Positions 1-8,510 of a stretch of DNA of 32,000 bases are shown here, piece after piece. Below the pieces are notes generated by a model that was not told the origin of the DNA, did not search any database, and saw only the letters and a program-made list of their open reading frames with translations. The position numbers were made by a program, and so were the translations under genes. The DNA is from Archaeoglobus fulgidus DSM 4304 (GTDB taxonomy: Archaea > Halobacteriota > Archaeoglobi > Archaeoglobales > Archaeoglobaceae): the NCBI RefSeq assembly GCF_000008665.1, contig NC_000917.1, forward strand, positions 600,001-632,000, in the 5' to 3' direction. How positions within the stretch are numbered: position 1 is the first letter of the stretch; every line of letters begins with the position of its first letter.

Positions 1-76
1 TCGAAATTAAGCCACATTCGAAATCCAGGATTTTTGGAAACCGAAAACATTTTTAAGGTTAAATTGTTTATTTAGT

Positions 77-1285
77 GTGTTGAGAGCTAAGCTTCTGTCA
101 TGGCAAGAGGGAGTGGGTAGCAAAACTTTTGAATTTGATGTTGATGTCGAACCGAGAAGCTACGTAATTTCGAAGGTTAGCCAGCTCAGCCCCATAATCG
201 CAAGTGAGGACCTCACCGTTTGCGAGGGGGAGGTTGCGGTTGTTGGTACAAGAGTAATCGAAATACCTGAAAACACCGTTGTCAGGCCTGTGGCTGCAAT
301 AAGCCATGCAAACGGTTTTGTTGCAGACGTAATTGAGTGCGGGGCTCCCGGAATGGTTGAGGACGAAAAGTGCATAAATCACGCAGTTTTCATCCCAACG
401 AGGTCTGGGGACGTAAAGGAGGGCGACTTGCTAGGAATGCTGCGGATAAATTTCGTTAGGACGGGTTTGCTCTCCAGGGTGATTCCCTCAAAACCGAGGG
501 TGGAGGAAAGAACTGTTAAAGCATCTCTGACGTGGGTGGAGGGCGGAGTTTTCTATAGAGAAAACGTAACGGGAACGTTCAGCGGATACTTCGAGAGTGA
601 GAGGTGCAGTCTTCTGCCGATTGTTGCGGACGAGAGGGTGAGGATCGAGAAGGGAGGAGTTTCGGCTGTAGAAATAGAGAGGGTGGACGTGAAGGGGGGA
701 AGCATCATCACCCCCTACGGTCTGGCCGCAAACGCCTTTGCTCAGCTTCTTGATCTTGTAGGGGGTAGAACTAGGAAGTTTGAGGAGGATAGAGTCTTCG
801 ATGAGGCCGTTTTGGTTGGGTTCAGCGATGGAGTTGTTGAGAAGGGGGAAGTTCTGGGTCTCGTCTGCGTTATGGGCGAGAGCAGTGGAGGGGGCAACAG
901 CAGACAGTTGCAGTTCTCCAGAAAGGCCGGCAAAGGTGTTGTCAAGACGATTCACGAATACCGAAGCAAGCCACTCAGGGTAGGCAGAAAGGGGGAGTGG
1001 AGGCCAGCCATTTCCGACGAGAACAGGAAGCTCATAAGGGGTGTTGCGGAAATCATCAAAATCCGGCCGATTAACGTTCCTGATTATGCAGTAGTTAATC
1101 CTCTCGGCATCATGAGGCAGGCCTACGGAACGATGGTTGGTGGGATTGCAAATGAGCCTTGGAGTCTGGAGAGCAGAAAAACCATAGAAGAGGTTGTTTT
1201 CCTGCCGATAATGGATGGAGAGGTTAGAAAAGGGCAGCTCATTGGTGTTTTCAATGTAACAAGAGTTGCAGAAGGCAAGCTTTAA
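77..1285 (+). CDS. Uncharacterized archaeal protein built from three tandem ~115-130 aa repeats (possibly DUF22-like)
   Basis: 402-codon ORF with a GTG start at 77 (TTG at 80 is an alternative) and a T-run after the stop. Three similar modules each end in a G-x-V-[KE]-[KE]-G-x-[LV]-[LI]-G motif: VFIPTRSGDVKEGDLLGML, VLVGFSDGVVEKGEVLGLV, VVFLPIMDGEVRKGQLIGVF. No catalytic motif recognised. Confidence 0.65.
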   Translation: MLRAKLLSWQEGVGSKTFEFDVDVEPRSYVISKVSQLSPIIASEDLTVCEGEVAVVGTRVIEIPENTVVRPVAAISHANGFVADVIECGAPGMVEDEKCINHAVFIPTRSGDVKEGDLLGMLRINFVRTGLLSRVIPSKPRVEERTVKASLTWVEGGVFYRENVTGTFSGYFESERCSLLPIVADERVRIEKGGVSAVEIERVDVKGGSIITPYGLAANAFAQLLDLVGGRTRKFEEDRVFDEAVLVGFSDGVVEKGEVLGLVCVMGESSGGGNSRQLQFSRKAGKGVVKTIHEYRSKPLRVGRKGEWRPAISDENRKLIRGVAEIIKIRPINVPDYAVVNPLGIMRQAYGTMVGGIANEPWSLESRKTIEEVVFLPIMDGEVRKGQLIGVFNVTRVAEGKL

Positions 1286-1309
1286 CTTCCCTTACTCTTT
1301 TTTCAAGCC

Positions 1310-1897
1310 GTGAAGGTCTATCTTGGTGGAGAAGCGGAAGTAAAAATTCTGGAAAATGTGGTTGTAAAAACCAGAATCCCAAAGAGGTACAGGATAAAGG
1401 AGCTTGACAGGGAGCTGAGGCTAAGAAGGACAAAGATGGAGGCGAAGATAATCTCCGCTGCAAGAAGAGCTGGTGTGCCAACACCAATCGTTCTGGATGT
1501 TGAGGAGGACACCATCGTCATGGAAAGGATTTACGGAGAGGCTGTGAAGGATGTGATGAGTAAGGACGTGAGCAGAGAAGTAGGGAGAATGGCCGCGAAG
1601 CTCCACAGAGCGGGAATAATTCACGGAGACATAACCCCTATGAACTTGATTTTAAGCAACAGCAGAATATACTTCGTTGATTTTGGGCTCGCTTTCTTCG
1701 ATAACAAAGTGGAGCCGATGGGTGTGGACGTGCACGTTTACTTTGAATCGCTGAAGGCGAGCTTTGAGAACTGGGAGAGGCTGAGAGACGCCTTTATTGA
1801 AGGGTACCTCGCAGAGGGGGGAAGTGAGGAGGTAATAGAGAGGGCAAAGGAGATTGAGGAGAGGGGGAGGTACGTCGAGAGGGTTAGCATGGGCTAA
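1310..1897 (+). CDS. bud32: Bud32/PRPK-type atypical protein kinase, KEOPS subunit
   Basis: 195 aa with a GTG start. The small RIO-like kinase pattern is present: GGEAEV, VVKTRIPKRYR, LDRELRLRRT..EA, catalytic HGDITPMN and metal-binding FVDFGLA. Confidence 0.8.
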   Translation: MKVYLGGEAEVKILENVVVKTRIPKRYRIKELDRELRLRRTKMEAKIISAARRAGVPTPIVLDVEEDTIVMERIYGEAVKDVMSKDVSREVGRMAAKLHRAGIIHGDITPMNLILSNSRIYFVDFGLAFFDNKVEPMGVDVHVYFESLKASFENWERLRDAFIEGYLAEGGSEEVIERAKEIEERGRYVERVSMG

Positions 1898-2211
1898 AGC
1901 CTTTCAAGCTCCCCACCCTTAGTGATTAGGATTGCTCTGCCCTCGAAAACTGCCTTTGCCATCTTTTTTCTTGCAGCATTCACCAGTCTCCAGACTGTAG
2001 CCTTCGAAACTCCCATTTTTGCTGCGGCATCATCAAAGCTCATCTCTTCGTAATCCACAAGCCTTAAAGCCTCGGCCTCAGCAAGATTTATCGCGACAGG
2101 CTTCTTTCCGGTTCCCGGTTCTGGAATCATGGCCCTTACTGCTGGCAGACCTGAGATGTAAATATCTCTGAGCTTTCTTCCCCTGCACTTCCCCTTTCTC
2201 CAGCGGAACAC
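1894..2211 (-). CDS. DUF134/UPF0251 family predicted DNA-binding protein
   Basis: Only the C-terminal 105 codons of the 225-aa track ORF look like a protein. The GTG at 2211 gives MFRWRKGKCRGRKL...LAEAEALRLVDYEEMSFDDAAAKMGVSKATVWRLVNAARKKMAKAV, a basic N-terminus plus a sigma70-region-4-like HTH typical of DUF134. A TATTTAAAT box lies ~25 nt upstream on the minus strand. Confidence 0.7.
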   Translation of the reverse strand: MFRWRKGKCRGRKLRDIYISGLPAVRAMIPEPGTGKKPVAINLAEAEALRLVDYEEMSFDDAAAKMGVSKATVWRLVNAARKKMAKAVFEGRAILITKGGELERL

Positions 2212-2280
2212 AAATTTGAAACATGTCGCAAAATTTAAATACTTTGCTATTGAAACATATTTCAAATAGGAGGTGAGAAT

Positions 2281-2466
2281 ATGAGATGCATGAGAGGAGG
2301 ATGGGGCAGGGGCTGGAAAAGGAGATGTTACTCGACCGGAAAGCCGGGATGGATGAGGTATGAATCGGAAAGGGACGAGAAACTCAGAATGCTTGAGAGA
2401 ATGAGGGATGAGCTCGAAGCGGAGCTTGAGGAAATAAAAAGGGAAATCGAGAGGCTGAGAAGATGA
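2281..2466 (+). CDS. Small G/W/R-rich protein with a C-terminal coiled coil (DUF5320-like)
   Basis: 61 aa. The RBS AGGAGGTGA lies 5-6 nt before the ATG. The N-terminus is GGWGRGWKRR...GKPGW and the tail is the helix EKLRMLERMRDELEAELEEIKREIERLRR. It overlaps the next gene by ATGA. Confidence 0.55.
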   Translation: MRCMRGGWGRGWKRRCYSTGKPGWMRYESERDEKLRMLERMRDELEAELEEIKREIERLRR

Positions 2467-2768
2467 GGGTTGCCATGCCGATTTTGGACCAAAAGGATGG
2501 TTTGAGGGTGGCCCCGCACTTTGGCAAGGCCAGACGATTTTACATTCTTGACCTTGAAAGCGGGAAATCAAGCGTTGTTGAAATCCCGGAAGCGGAAAAG
2601 GGTAGAGGTAGGATGATTGCCGAGATTCTCAGGGAAAAGGGTGTCAGTGTGGTAGTATGCAGGAACATAGGAGAAGGAGCGCTGGAAAGACTGAAAGAGG
2701 CAGGAATCGAGGTCAGAAAGACCGATAAATCGAATCCTGACGATGCAGTTGAAGATTTAAGGGTTTAG
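2463..2768 (+). CDS. NifB/NifX-family domain protein (dinitrogenase Fe-Mo cofactor biosynthesis-like domain)
   Basis: 101 aa: MRVAMPI...LRVAPHFGKARRFYILD...VVVCRNIGEGALERLKEAGIEV. This matches the HFG...f.i...G.ga...L...GI pattern of PF02579-type proteins. Confidence 0.75.
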   Translation: MRVAMPILDQKDGLRVAPHFGKARRFYILDLESGKSSVVEIPEAEKGRGRMIAEILREKGVSVVVCRNIGEGALERLKEAGIEVRKTDKSNPDDAVEDLRV

Positions 2769-2803
2769 AAAAACGTTTTATTACCCAATTGCCAACACAC
2801 TTT

Positions 2804-2995
2804 ATGCCAGTCCTGATTGTTTACGGCCCCAAGCTGGATGTGGGTAAAAAGAGGGAGTTTGTTGAGAGGCTGACGTCGGTTGCTGCAGAAATCTACGGCA
2901 TGGACAGGAGCGCGATTACAATTCTGATTCACGAGCCTCCAGCCGAGAACGTTGGCGTTGGTGGGAAGCTTATAGCGGATAGAGAGCGAGAATGA
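2804..2995 (+). CDS. 4-oxalocrotonate tautomerase family protein
   Basis: The ATG at 2804 gives [32 protein letters not shown]...[17 protein letters not shown]. It has the N-terminal Pro1 and the beta-alpha-beta 4-OT pattern in ~63 aa. The TTG at 2789 would bury Pro1, so it is rejected. Confidence 0.75.
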   Translation: MPVLIVYGPKLDVGKKREFVERLTSVAAEIYGMDRSAITILIHEPPAENVGVGGKLIADRERE

Positions 2996-4074
2996 ACACC
3001 TTCGGCCATTTTTTGAGGGTCACAACCTGGGGAGAGAGTCACGGCAGAGCGGTGGGCTGCGTTATAGACGGCTTTCCCGCAGGTCTTGAGGTTGACGAGG
3101 AGTTCATTCAGAGGGAAATGGAAAGGAGGAGGCCGGGGAAGAAGTACACTACGCAGAGAAAGGAAGTTGACAGAGTTGAAATCCTCTCCGGAGTTTTTGA
3201 GGGTCTCACTACCGCCACGCCCATATCAATGGTTGTCTGGAACGTCGATGCGGATTCGAGCGCTTACGAGAGCTTGAAGACCGTTTTCAGGCCGGGACAC
3301 GCTGATTACACGTACTGGGCCAAGTTTGGCGTGAGGGACTGGAGAGGTGGTGGAAGGGCTTCAGCGAGGGAAACCGCTGCAAGAGTTGCTGCAGGGGCGA
3401 TGGCAAAGCTGCTGCTCAGAAGGTATGACGTTAAAGTTATGGGGTACGCGAAGGAAATTGCAGGAGTAAGCTGTGAGGTCGATGATGCTGAAAAGGCCTT
3501 TGAGAGGGCTGAAAGGAGTCCTTTGAGGATGCCGGACGAGAGAGCGGAGAAGGAGGCGGAGCAGAGGCTAAAGGAGGCGATGAGCGAGGGGGATAGCGTG
3601 GGTGGGGTGGTGGAGGTCGTTGCAAAAAACGTCCCTGCCGGTTTGGGTGAGCCGGTCTTCGGAAAGCTCGACGCCTACTTGGCTTACGCCGTTATGGGCA
3701 TTCCTGCTGTAAAGGGTGTGGAAATCGGCGCCGGATTTGAGGCCGCAAGAAAGAGGGGGAGCGAGAACAACGACCCCATAGTGCTGAAGGATGGCAGAAT
3801 CCGCTTTGCCACCAACAACGCAGGAGGAATTCTGGGAGGGATTTCGAATGGGGAGGATATAGTGTTAAGGGCAGCAATCAAGCCCACACCATCAATTTCA
3901 AAAAAGCAGAGAACCGTTGACTACGAAAAAATGGAGGAGGCTGAGATAAGCGTAAAGGGCAGGCACGACCCCTGCATAGTTCCAAGGGCCGTGCCCGTGG
4001 TTGAGGCAATGGTGGCTTTGGTTTTGGCCGACTGCATGCTGATGCAGGGGCTGATACCGAGGAGTTTGCTGTAA
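2992..4074 (+). CDS. aroC: Chorismate synthase
   Basis: 360 aa with the hallmark motifs [30 protein letters not shown] and KGRHDPC. Its start overlaps the tautomerase stop (ATGA). Confidence 0.95.
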   Translation: MNTFGHFLRVTTWGESHGRAVGCVIDGFPAGLEVDEEFIQREMERRRPGKKYTTQRKEVDRVEILSGVFEGLTTATPISMVVWNVDADSSAYESLKTVFRPGHADYTYWAKFGVRDWRGGGRASARETAARVAAGAMAKLLLRRYDVKVMGYAKEIAGVSCEVDDAEKAFERAERSPLRMPDERAEKEAEQRLKEAMSEGDSVGGVVEVVAKNVPAGLGEPVFGKLDAYLAYAVMGIPAVKGVEIGAGFEAARKRGSENNDPIVLKDGRIRFATNNAGGILGGISNGEDIVLRAAIKPTPSISKKQRTVDYEKMEEAEISVKGRHDPCIVPRAVPVVEAMVALVLADCMLMQGLIPRSLL

Positions 4075-4075
4075 G

Positions 4076-5320
4076 TCACTCGTAAACCTTCTCCCACTCC
4101 TTGTACCAGTCCATCGCGTCCTTCTCAACATCCCTGTCCTTTGACGGCAGCCCCATCATCTTGTAGGTTTCGTGCTGTATCAGCACCTTCATGATTTCGT
4201 TGCTGCCAGTCCATATAGGGGCGAGACGCATGTCTCTCAGCATCCTCTCGACCGGATAAACCTGGGTGTAGCCTATTCCACCGAGAATCTGCATTGCTTT
4301 GTTGACAACATCCCATCCTACGTCGGTTGCAAAGTACTTCGCCTCGCTGACCAGCCTTCTTGGGTCGGGGCCCTTTCCCGCATCGTAGAGGTCCACAGCC
4401 CTCGCAGCGTTGTAGGTTAAAGCCCTTGCAGCGTCAAGCTTCGTCACAGCCTCAGCAACCATGAAGTTGACTCCCTGAAACTCCCTTATTTTCCTGCCGA
4501 AGGCTTTCCTTTTGTTGGAGTACTTCACCGCCACCTCCAGCGCCGCCCTTGCGGTTCCAAGCGCTCCTGCAGCGGAGGTCATCCTTTCGGGAATCATCAT
4601 CCTGTTGAAAATCACTCTGGCCCCATTAACCTCTCCCAGCCTGTACTCATCTGGCACTTCAACATCCTTAAACACAATCCTCGCAGTCCCCATTCCCCTG
4701 AAGCCGAGGAGGTTGTAGAGCTCCTCCACCTCAACGCCCATGTCCCTCTCAACCAGAAAAGCTGTAAGGGCCTTGTGGCCTGGAGCAGTTGGATCAGTTC
4801 TGGCGTAAATCAGGTAGAAGTCCGCTACCTTGCCACCAGCTATGAACCTCTTCGCACCATTCAGCACCCACACATTCCCCTTCTTCTCCGCCCTCGTTGT
4901 TGTTCCGAAGAAGTCGCTCCCTCCTCTCGGCTCCGTCAGTCCTTCGGCAGAGACTTTCTTACCCTTTATTATCGGCTTCAGAAACTCCTCCTTCTGCCAC
5001 TCCTGACCGAAGCGGTAAATTGCTTCCCCAACAATGCTGACCATCGCATAACTGCACCCTATTCCGTTGCCCAGAACGCCAACCTCCTCAACAGCAACGC
5101 TCTCAGCAGTCCAGCTAAGCCCTCTCCCCCCGTACTCTTCCGGAAATCTCAATCCAAGCATTTTCCTCTTCGCAGCTTCCTCAAGAAACTCGAAGGGGTA
5201 GTCAACCTCATCCCTGTCCATTTTCCTCAGAAGCTCGGGGTCAATAGCATTAACAAGCTCCTTTGCCTCCTCCCTTATCTTAATCTCCTCTTCAGTAAGA
5301 AGGGCGTCGTTTTCGAGCAT
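4076..5320 (-). CDS. Acyl-CoA dehydrogenase
   Basis: 414 aa. The ACAD signatures GLTEPRGGSDF and QILGGIGY are present. The RBS GGAGAGGTGA lies inside the end of the upstream ligase gene, with a 5-nt gap between the two. Confidence 0.9.
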   Translation of the reverse strand: MLENDALLTEEEIKIREEAKELVNAIDPELLRKMDRDEVDYPFEFLEEAAKRKMLGLRFPEEYGGRGLSWTAESVAVEEVGVLGNGIGCSYAMVSIVGEAIYRFGQEWQKEEFLKPIIKGKKVSAEGLTEPRGGSDFFGTTTRAEKKGNVWVLNGAKRFIAGGKVADFYLIYARTDPTAPGHKALTAFLVERDMGVEVEELYNLLGFRGMGTARIVFKDVEVPDEYRLGEVNGARVIFNRMMIPERMTSAAGALGTARAALEVAVKYSNKRKAFGRKIREFQGVNFMVAEAVTKLDAARALTYNAARAVDLYDAGKGPDPRRLVSEAKYFATDVGWDVVNKAMQILGGIGYTQVYPVERMLRDMRLAPIWTGSNEIMKVLIQHETYKMMGLPSKDRDVEKDAMDWYKEWEKVYE

Positions 5321-5325
5321 TTACA

Positions 5326-6840
5326 TCACCTCTCCAACAGCATTTTTCTTAACGAAAGTTTGTTAATTTTTCCCGTGCTCGTGAGAGGCATATCATCAAC
5401 AATCGCAATTTCCTCCGGAATCCACCACTTGGCAATTCTGCCCTCTTCAACAGCTTTGGCCAGATGCTCTTTCACCTCTTCAATGCTCGCCTTACTCCTG
5501 TCAACGGGCTTTATTACTGCAAAAGGTCTCTCACCCCACTTCTCGTCGGGCTTGCCGAGAACTGCAACGTACTCCACCCACTCAATTTCCGAAATCACTG
5601 ATTCGAGAATGCTGCTCGGAATCCACTCTCCGCCGGATTTGATGGCATCCTTCACCCTGTCGAGTATCTTTACTCCTCCGTCTGGCATCTCAACTCCGAG
5701 GTCTCCTGTTTTGAACCAGCCATCTTCGGTGTAGGCTTCTTTGGTTTTCTCCTCGTCCTTGTAGTACTCCATGGGTAGCCAAGGGGCTCTGAAGTATATC
5801 TCCCCCGACTCACCCCCCATTCCCTCCTGGGGGACTATTTTGAACTCCGCAAAGGGAACGGGATGAGTTACCTGCCTGATGTAGTCAACACCCTTCACCT
5901 TGGCCTCTTCGGTCATAATAGCAATGGATGCAGCCAGCATGTCGGTACCGCCATAGATTGTTGAGAACTTCATTCCTGCTTTTTCCATGCGCCTTGCCAG
6001 GTCAATTGTAATCGTACTCCCTCCGATGAGCACCTTAATGCCGCTGAGGTCCTCTTTCGTCTCGAGGAGCATGTTAACCATTGTCGGAACGGCGTTAATC
6101 CATGTTACCCCCTCTTTTTTGATGAGCCTCACAGCCTCTGCCGGATCAAATCTTCCGCCCATCACCAGATTCAAACCCATGTAGGGGGCTATGAACACAG
6201 TTCCCCAAGCGAGAATGTGGTAGATGGGTATCTGAGGGAAGATTACGTCCCTCGGAGTTAGATTTGCAGGAGTCTCGTGGTGAGCAAGCTGATGTGCTAT
6301 GCTAAGAGCTCCGTGAATCATTTTTTCGTGAGTGTATCTCACAGCCTTTGGCAATCCCGTGGTACCGCTGGTAAAGAGCATAACAGCCATATCATCCTGC
6401 TTAACGTTGACTTCAGGCTCTGCCTCATCAGCCTTCTCAGCCACCTCTTTTATGTGCAAGCTTTCTCCTTCATGAACTTTTGCAAGGGCTGAAAAGTCGT
6501 CGGAGTAAATCAGAAGTCCCGATTCCGATTTTTTCAGCGTGTAGGCTATTTGATCTGGTGGCAGTCTTATGTTGACCGGATACAGAATCCCTCCAGCTGC
6601 AGTTATCGCATAAATCAGCTCGAAGAACTCCGGTGTGTTCCAGTCCGCTACTGCCACAACCTCGTTCCGTATCCCTATGTTCTCAAAAAACGCTGTTAGC
6701 CCAAGAACCCTTTTCCTTACTTCTGAGTAGCTTTTTGTCCCTTCCCTGCCAACAACTCCCTTGTTGGGAAAAAGCTTTGCCGCTCTTTCCAGAAGATACG
6801 GTATAGTAAACACACTCTCACCCAAACAAAAATAAGCCAT
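5326..6840 (-). CDS. AMP-dependent acyl-CoA synthetase/ligase (fatty-acid type)
   Basis: 504 aa with the AMP-binding motifs LFTSGTTGLPKAV, GWFKTGDLG and PLTSTGKINK. The start could instead be the in-frame GTG at 6813, because the TATA-like box sits very close to the ATG at 6840. Confidence 0.9.
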   Translation of the reverse strand: MAYFCLGESVFTIPYLLERAAKLFPNKGVVGREGTKSYSEVRKRVLGLTAFFENIGIRNEVVAVADWNTPEFFELIYAITAAGGILYPVNIRLPPDQIAYTLKKSESGLLIYSDDFSALAKVHEGESLHIKEVAEKADEAEPEVNVKQDDMAVMLFTSGTTGLPKAVRYTHEKMIHGALSIAHQLAHHETPANLTPRDVIFPQIPIYHILAWGTVFIAPYMGLNLVMGGRFDPAEAVRLIKKEGVTWINAVPTMVNMLLETKEDLSGIKVLIGGSTITIDLARRMEKAGMKFSTIYGGTDMLAASIAIMTEEAKVKGVDYIRQVTHPVPFAEFKIVPQEGMGGESGEIYFRAPWLPMEYYKDEEKTKEAYTEDGWFKTGDLGVEMPDGGVKILDRVKDAIKSGGEWIPSSILESVISEIEWVEYVAVLGKPDEKWGERPFAVIKPVDRSKASIEEVKEHLAKAVEEGRIAKWWIPEEIAIVDDMPLTSTGKINKLSLRKMLLER

Positions 6841-6855
6841 AAATAATATTTAAAT

Positions 6856-6871
6856 TTAACGTTTACGTTAA
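6856..6871. promoter_or_regulatory. Perfect dyad TTAACGT-TT-ACGTTAA, candidate MerR-type operator upstream of the acyl-CoA ligase/dehydrogenase genes
   Basis: 7-bp inverted repeat with a 2-bp spacer. It overlaps the merR-like stop codon and lies directly upstream (minus strand) of the TTTAAATA box preceding the ligase start. Confidence 0.35.
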
Positions 6872-7260
6872 CTTCCCTTTTCCAGCTCCTCAAGTCTCTT
6901 GACTAGCATCTCCCTTAAGTTGAGAAGGTCCTCTTTTAGAAGCTCGAGCTCCCTGATTTTTTCCTCAATCTCTTTAAGCTTCTTTTCGCCGTACTTCAGC
7001 GTCAGCCTTATCTGCTCCGGCTCTCCTGCCACATCGTACATCTCAATCATCTCTCTAATCTCCTCAAGGCTGAAACCGAGCCTCCTACCCCTTAAAATCA
7101 ACTTCAGCTTTGCCCTGTCTTTTCTCGAAAAAATTCTCTGATTTCCCGGCGTTCTTTCGGGGTTGAGAAGACCAATTTCCTCGTAATACCGAATGGTCCT
7201 CGTGCTTATCTCGAACTCTCTTGCAAGCTCCGAAATCGTGTAGCGGTCTTTTTTCTTCAT
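6868..7260 (-). CDS. MerR family transcriptional regulator
   Basis: The N-terminal HTH is YTISELAREFEISTRTIRYYEEIGLL...R..GNQRIFS..D, followed by a C-terminal coiled coil. The ATG at 7260 (MKKKDRY...) is preferred over the TTG at 7320, and ATATTATAAAG lies upstream of it. Confidence 0.85.
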   Translation of the reverse strand: MKKKDRYTISELAREFEISTRTIRYYEEIGLLNPERTPGNQRIFSRKDRAKLKLILRGRRLGFSLEEIREMIEMYDVAGEPEQIRLTLKYGEKKLKEIEEKIRELELLKEDLLNLREMLVKRLEELEKGS

Positions 7261-7424
7261 TTTAAGGATTGTCGGCTTTAGGACTTTATAATATTTCCCA
7301 TCTAATGATTTATCTGACAAAATAGCGATTGGATATTAGATAAATACCTAAATGCAAAAAAATTTATATAGTCCTTAGTATAAGTAAAGAGTGTTGCACA
7401 TAACGGTAATGGGAGGTGAATCAC

Positions 7425-7793
7425 ATGGTTGAAGAGCTGACCGAGAAGGAGGAGAGAATCGTTCAGCTGCTCTCAGAAACGGGTTTGAACAGGAATATAG
7501 CCAAAGTTGTGGTTTTCCTTGCGAAGGCTGGTGAGGCGGTTTCAAGAGACATAGAGAGAGCCGCAAACCTCAGACAACCAGAGGTAAGCCTTGCGATGAA
7601 GGACCTGAAAGAGTGGGGATGGATTAAGGAAAGGGAGCTCAAAAAGAAGGGCAAGGGAAGACCGCTCAAGTGCTACAAGCTCACAAGAGATTTGAAAGAG
7701 ATAGTTTCAGAGCTTGTCCAGAACAAAAAGGAGGAAATAAAGAAAATTGAGAAGGACCTCGAGGAACTTGAGAAGCTCGTCGGATTGAAATAA
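7425..7793 (+). CDS. Winged-helix transcriptional regulator (ArsR/TrmB-like) with a C-terminal coiled coil
   Basis: The RBS GGGAGGTGA lies 6 nt before the ATG at 7425. The HTH-like segment is LNRNIAKVVVFLAKAGEAVSRDIERAANLRQPEVSLAMKDLKEWGWI, followed by a GKGRP wing. Confidence 0.7.
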   Translation: MVEELTEKEERIVQLLSETGLNRNIAKVVVFLAKAGEAVSRDIERAANLRQPEVSLAMKDLKEWGWIKERELKKKGKGRPLKCYKLTRDLKEIVSELVQNKKEEIKKIEKDLEELEKLVGLK

Positions 7794-8510
7794 ATGCACT
7801 TTGATAAAAAAATTGGCAGAGTATTCGCGAGGATATACGTGGAGAGGGCGCTAATTGTCTGCCACGGACTTCCCTACGAGCCCGGTTCAGTAGTTGAAAA
7901 GAGCTACACAGACCTCGCCGGTTTTTTCTCCAAACGTGGTTTTCCAACCCTAATTTTTGATTTTTCGGGAACAGGATTGAGCGACGGGCACTTCAGCCTT
8001 AAAGCCTGGGTCGAGGATTTGCTGAGGATTGCAGAAAACTTTGAGGAGGTTAGCATACTCGGATACAGTATGGGCGGAGCAGTTGCTGTAAGAGCCGCTG
8101 CTGAGTTGAGGAACCTTCGGAAAATGGTCGTTGTTTCCTCACCCTGCTGCCTGGATATGTTTACCGAGCAGGTTCTGAAATTGGTTTACGAAAATGCTCG
8201 CATGAAAAACACCCTTAAGGGGATTGGAAGCTTTGAGAGTTTTAAGAATTTGTTTTTGAAGGAGTTCACCGAGATTGAGCCCAAAAACTGGATAGGAGAT
8301 GTTGGTGCCGAGAAGCTAATCGTTCATGGCAGGCTGGATGAGATTGTTCCGTTCGAGAATGGGCTCACACTTTACAACCTTGCGAGGGAGCCCAAGGCAT
8401 TCGTGGAGGTGGAGAAGGGAGACCACTTTTTAAGGCATGACAATAGGATTGTTGAGCTAATTGCCGAGTGGCTTGACGGGAAAATAAAGGAAAAAATTAT
8501 CAGGATTTGA
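7794..8510 (+). CDS. Alpha/beta-fold serine hydrolase
   Basis: 238 aa. It has the nucleophile elbow GYSMGG, an acid in HGRLDEIVP and a His in KGDHF. The start follows the regulator stop directly (TAAATG). Confidence 0.8.
   Translation: MHFDKKIGRVFARIYVERALIVCHGLPYEPGSVVEKSYTDLAGFFSKRGFPTLIFDFSGTGLSDGHFSLKAWVEDLLRIAENFEEVSILGYSMGGAVAVRAAAELRNLRKMVVVSSPCCLDMFTEQVLKLVYENARMKNTLKGIGSFESFKNLFLKEFTEIEPKNWIGDVGAEKLIVHGRLDEIVPFENGLTLYNLAREPKAFVEVEKGDHFLRHDNRIVELIAEWLDGKIKEKIIRI

Noticed and set aside
1-24. Direct repeat TCGAAAT at 1-7 and 18-24
   Set aside because: It is very short, lies at the window edge and lacks context. It is compatible with chance.
1894-2571. Full 225-aa version of the DUF134 ORF
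   Set aside because: The N-terminal 120 codons are proline/serine-rich nonsense. They overlap two better-supported plus-strand genes and the promoter region. Homology begins at the GTG at 2211.
4775-5734. 319-aa plus-strand ORF
   Set aside because: It lies antisense to the strongly motif-supported acyl-CoA dehydrogenase and CoA ligase. The S/L/P-rich low-complexity translation is typical of a shadow ORF.
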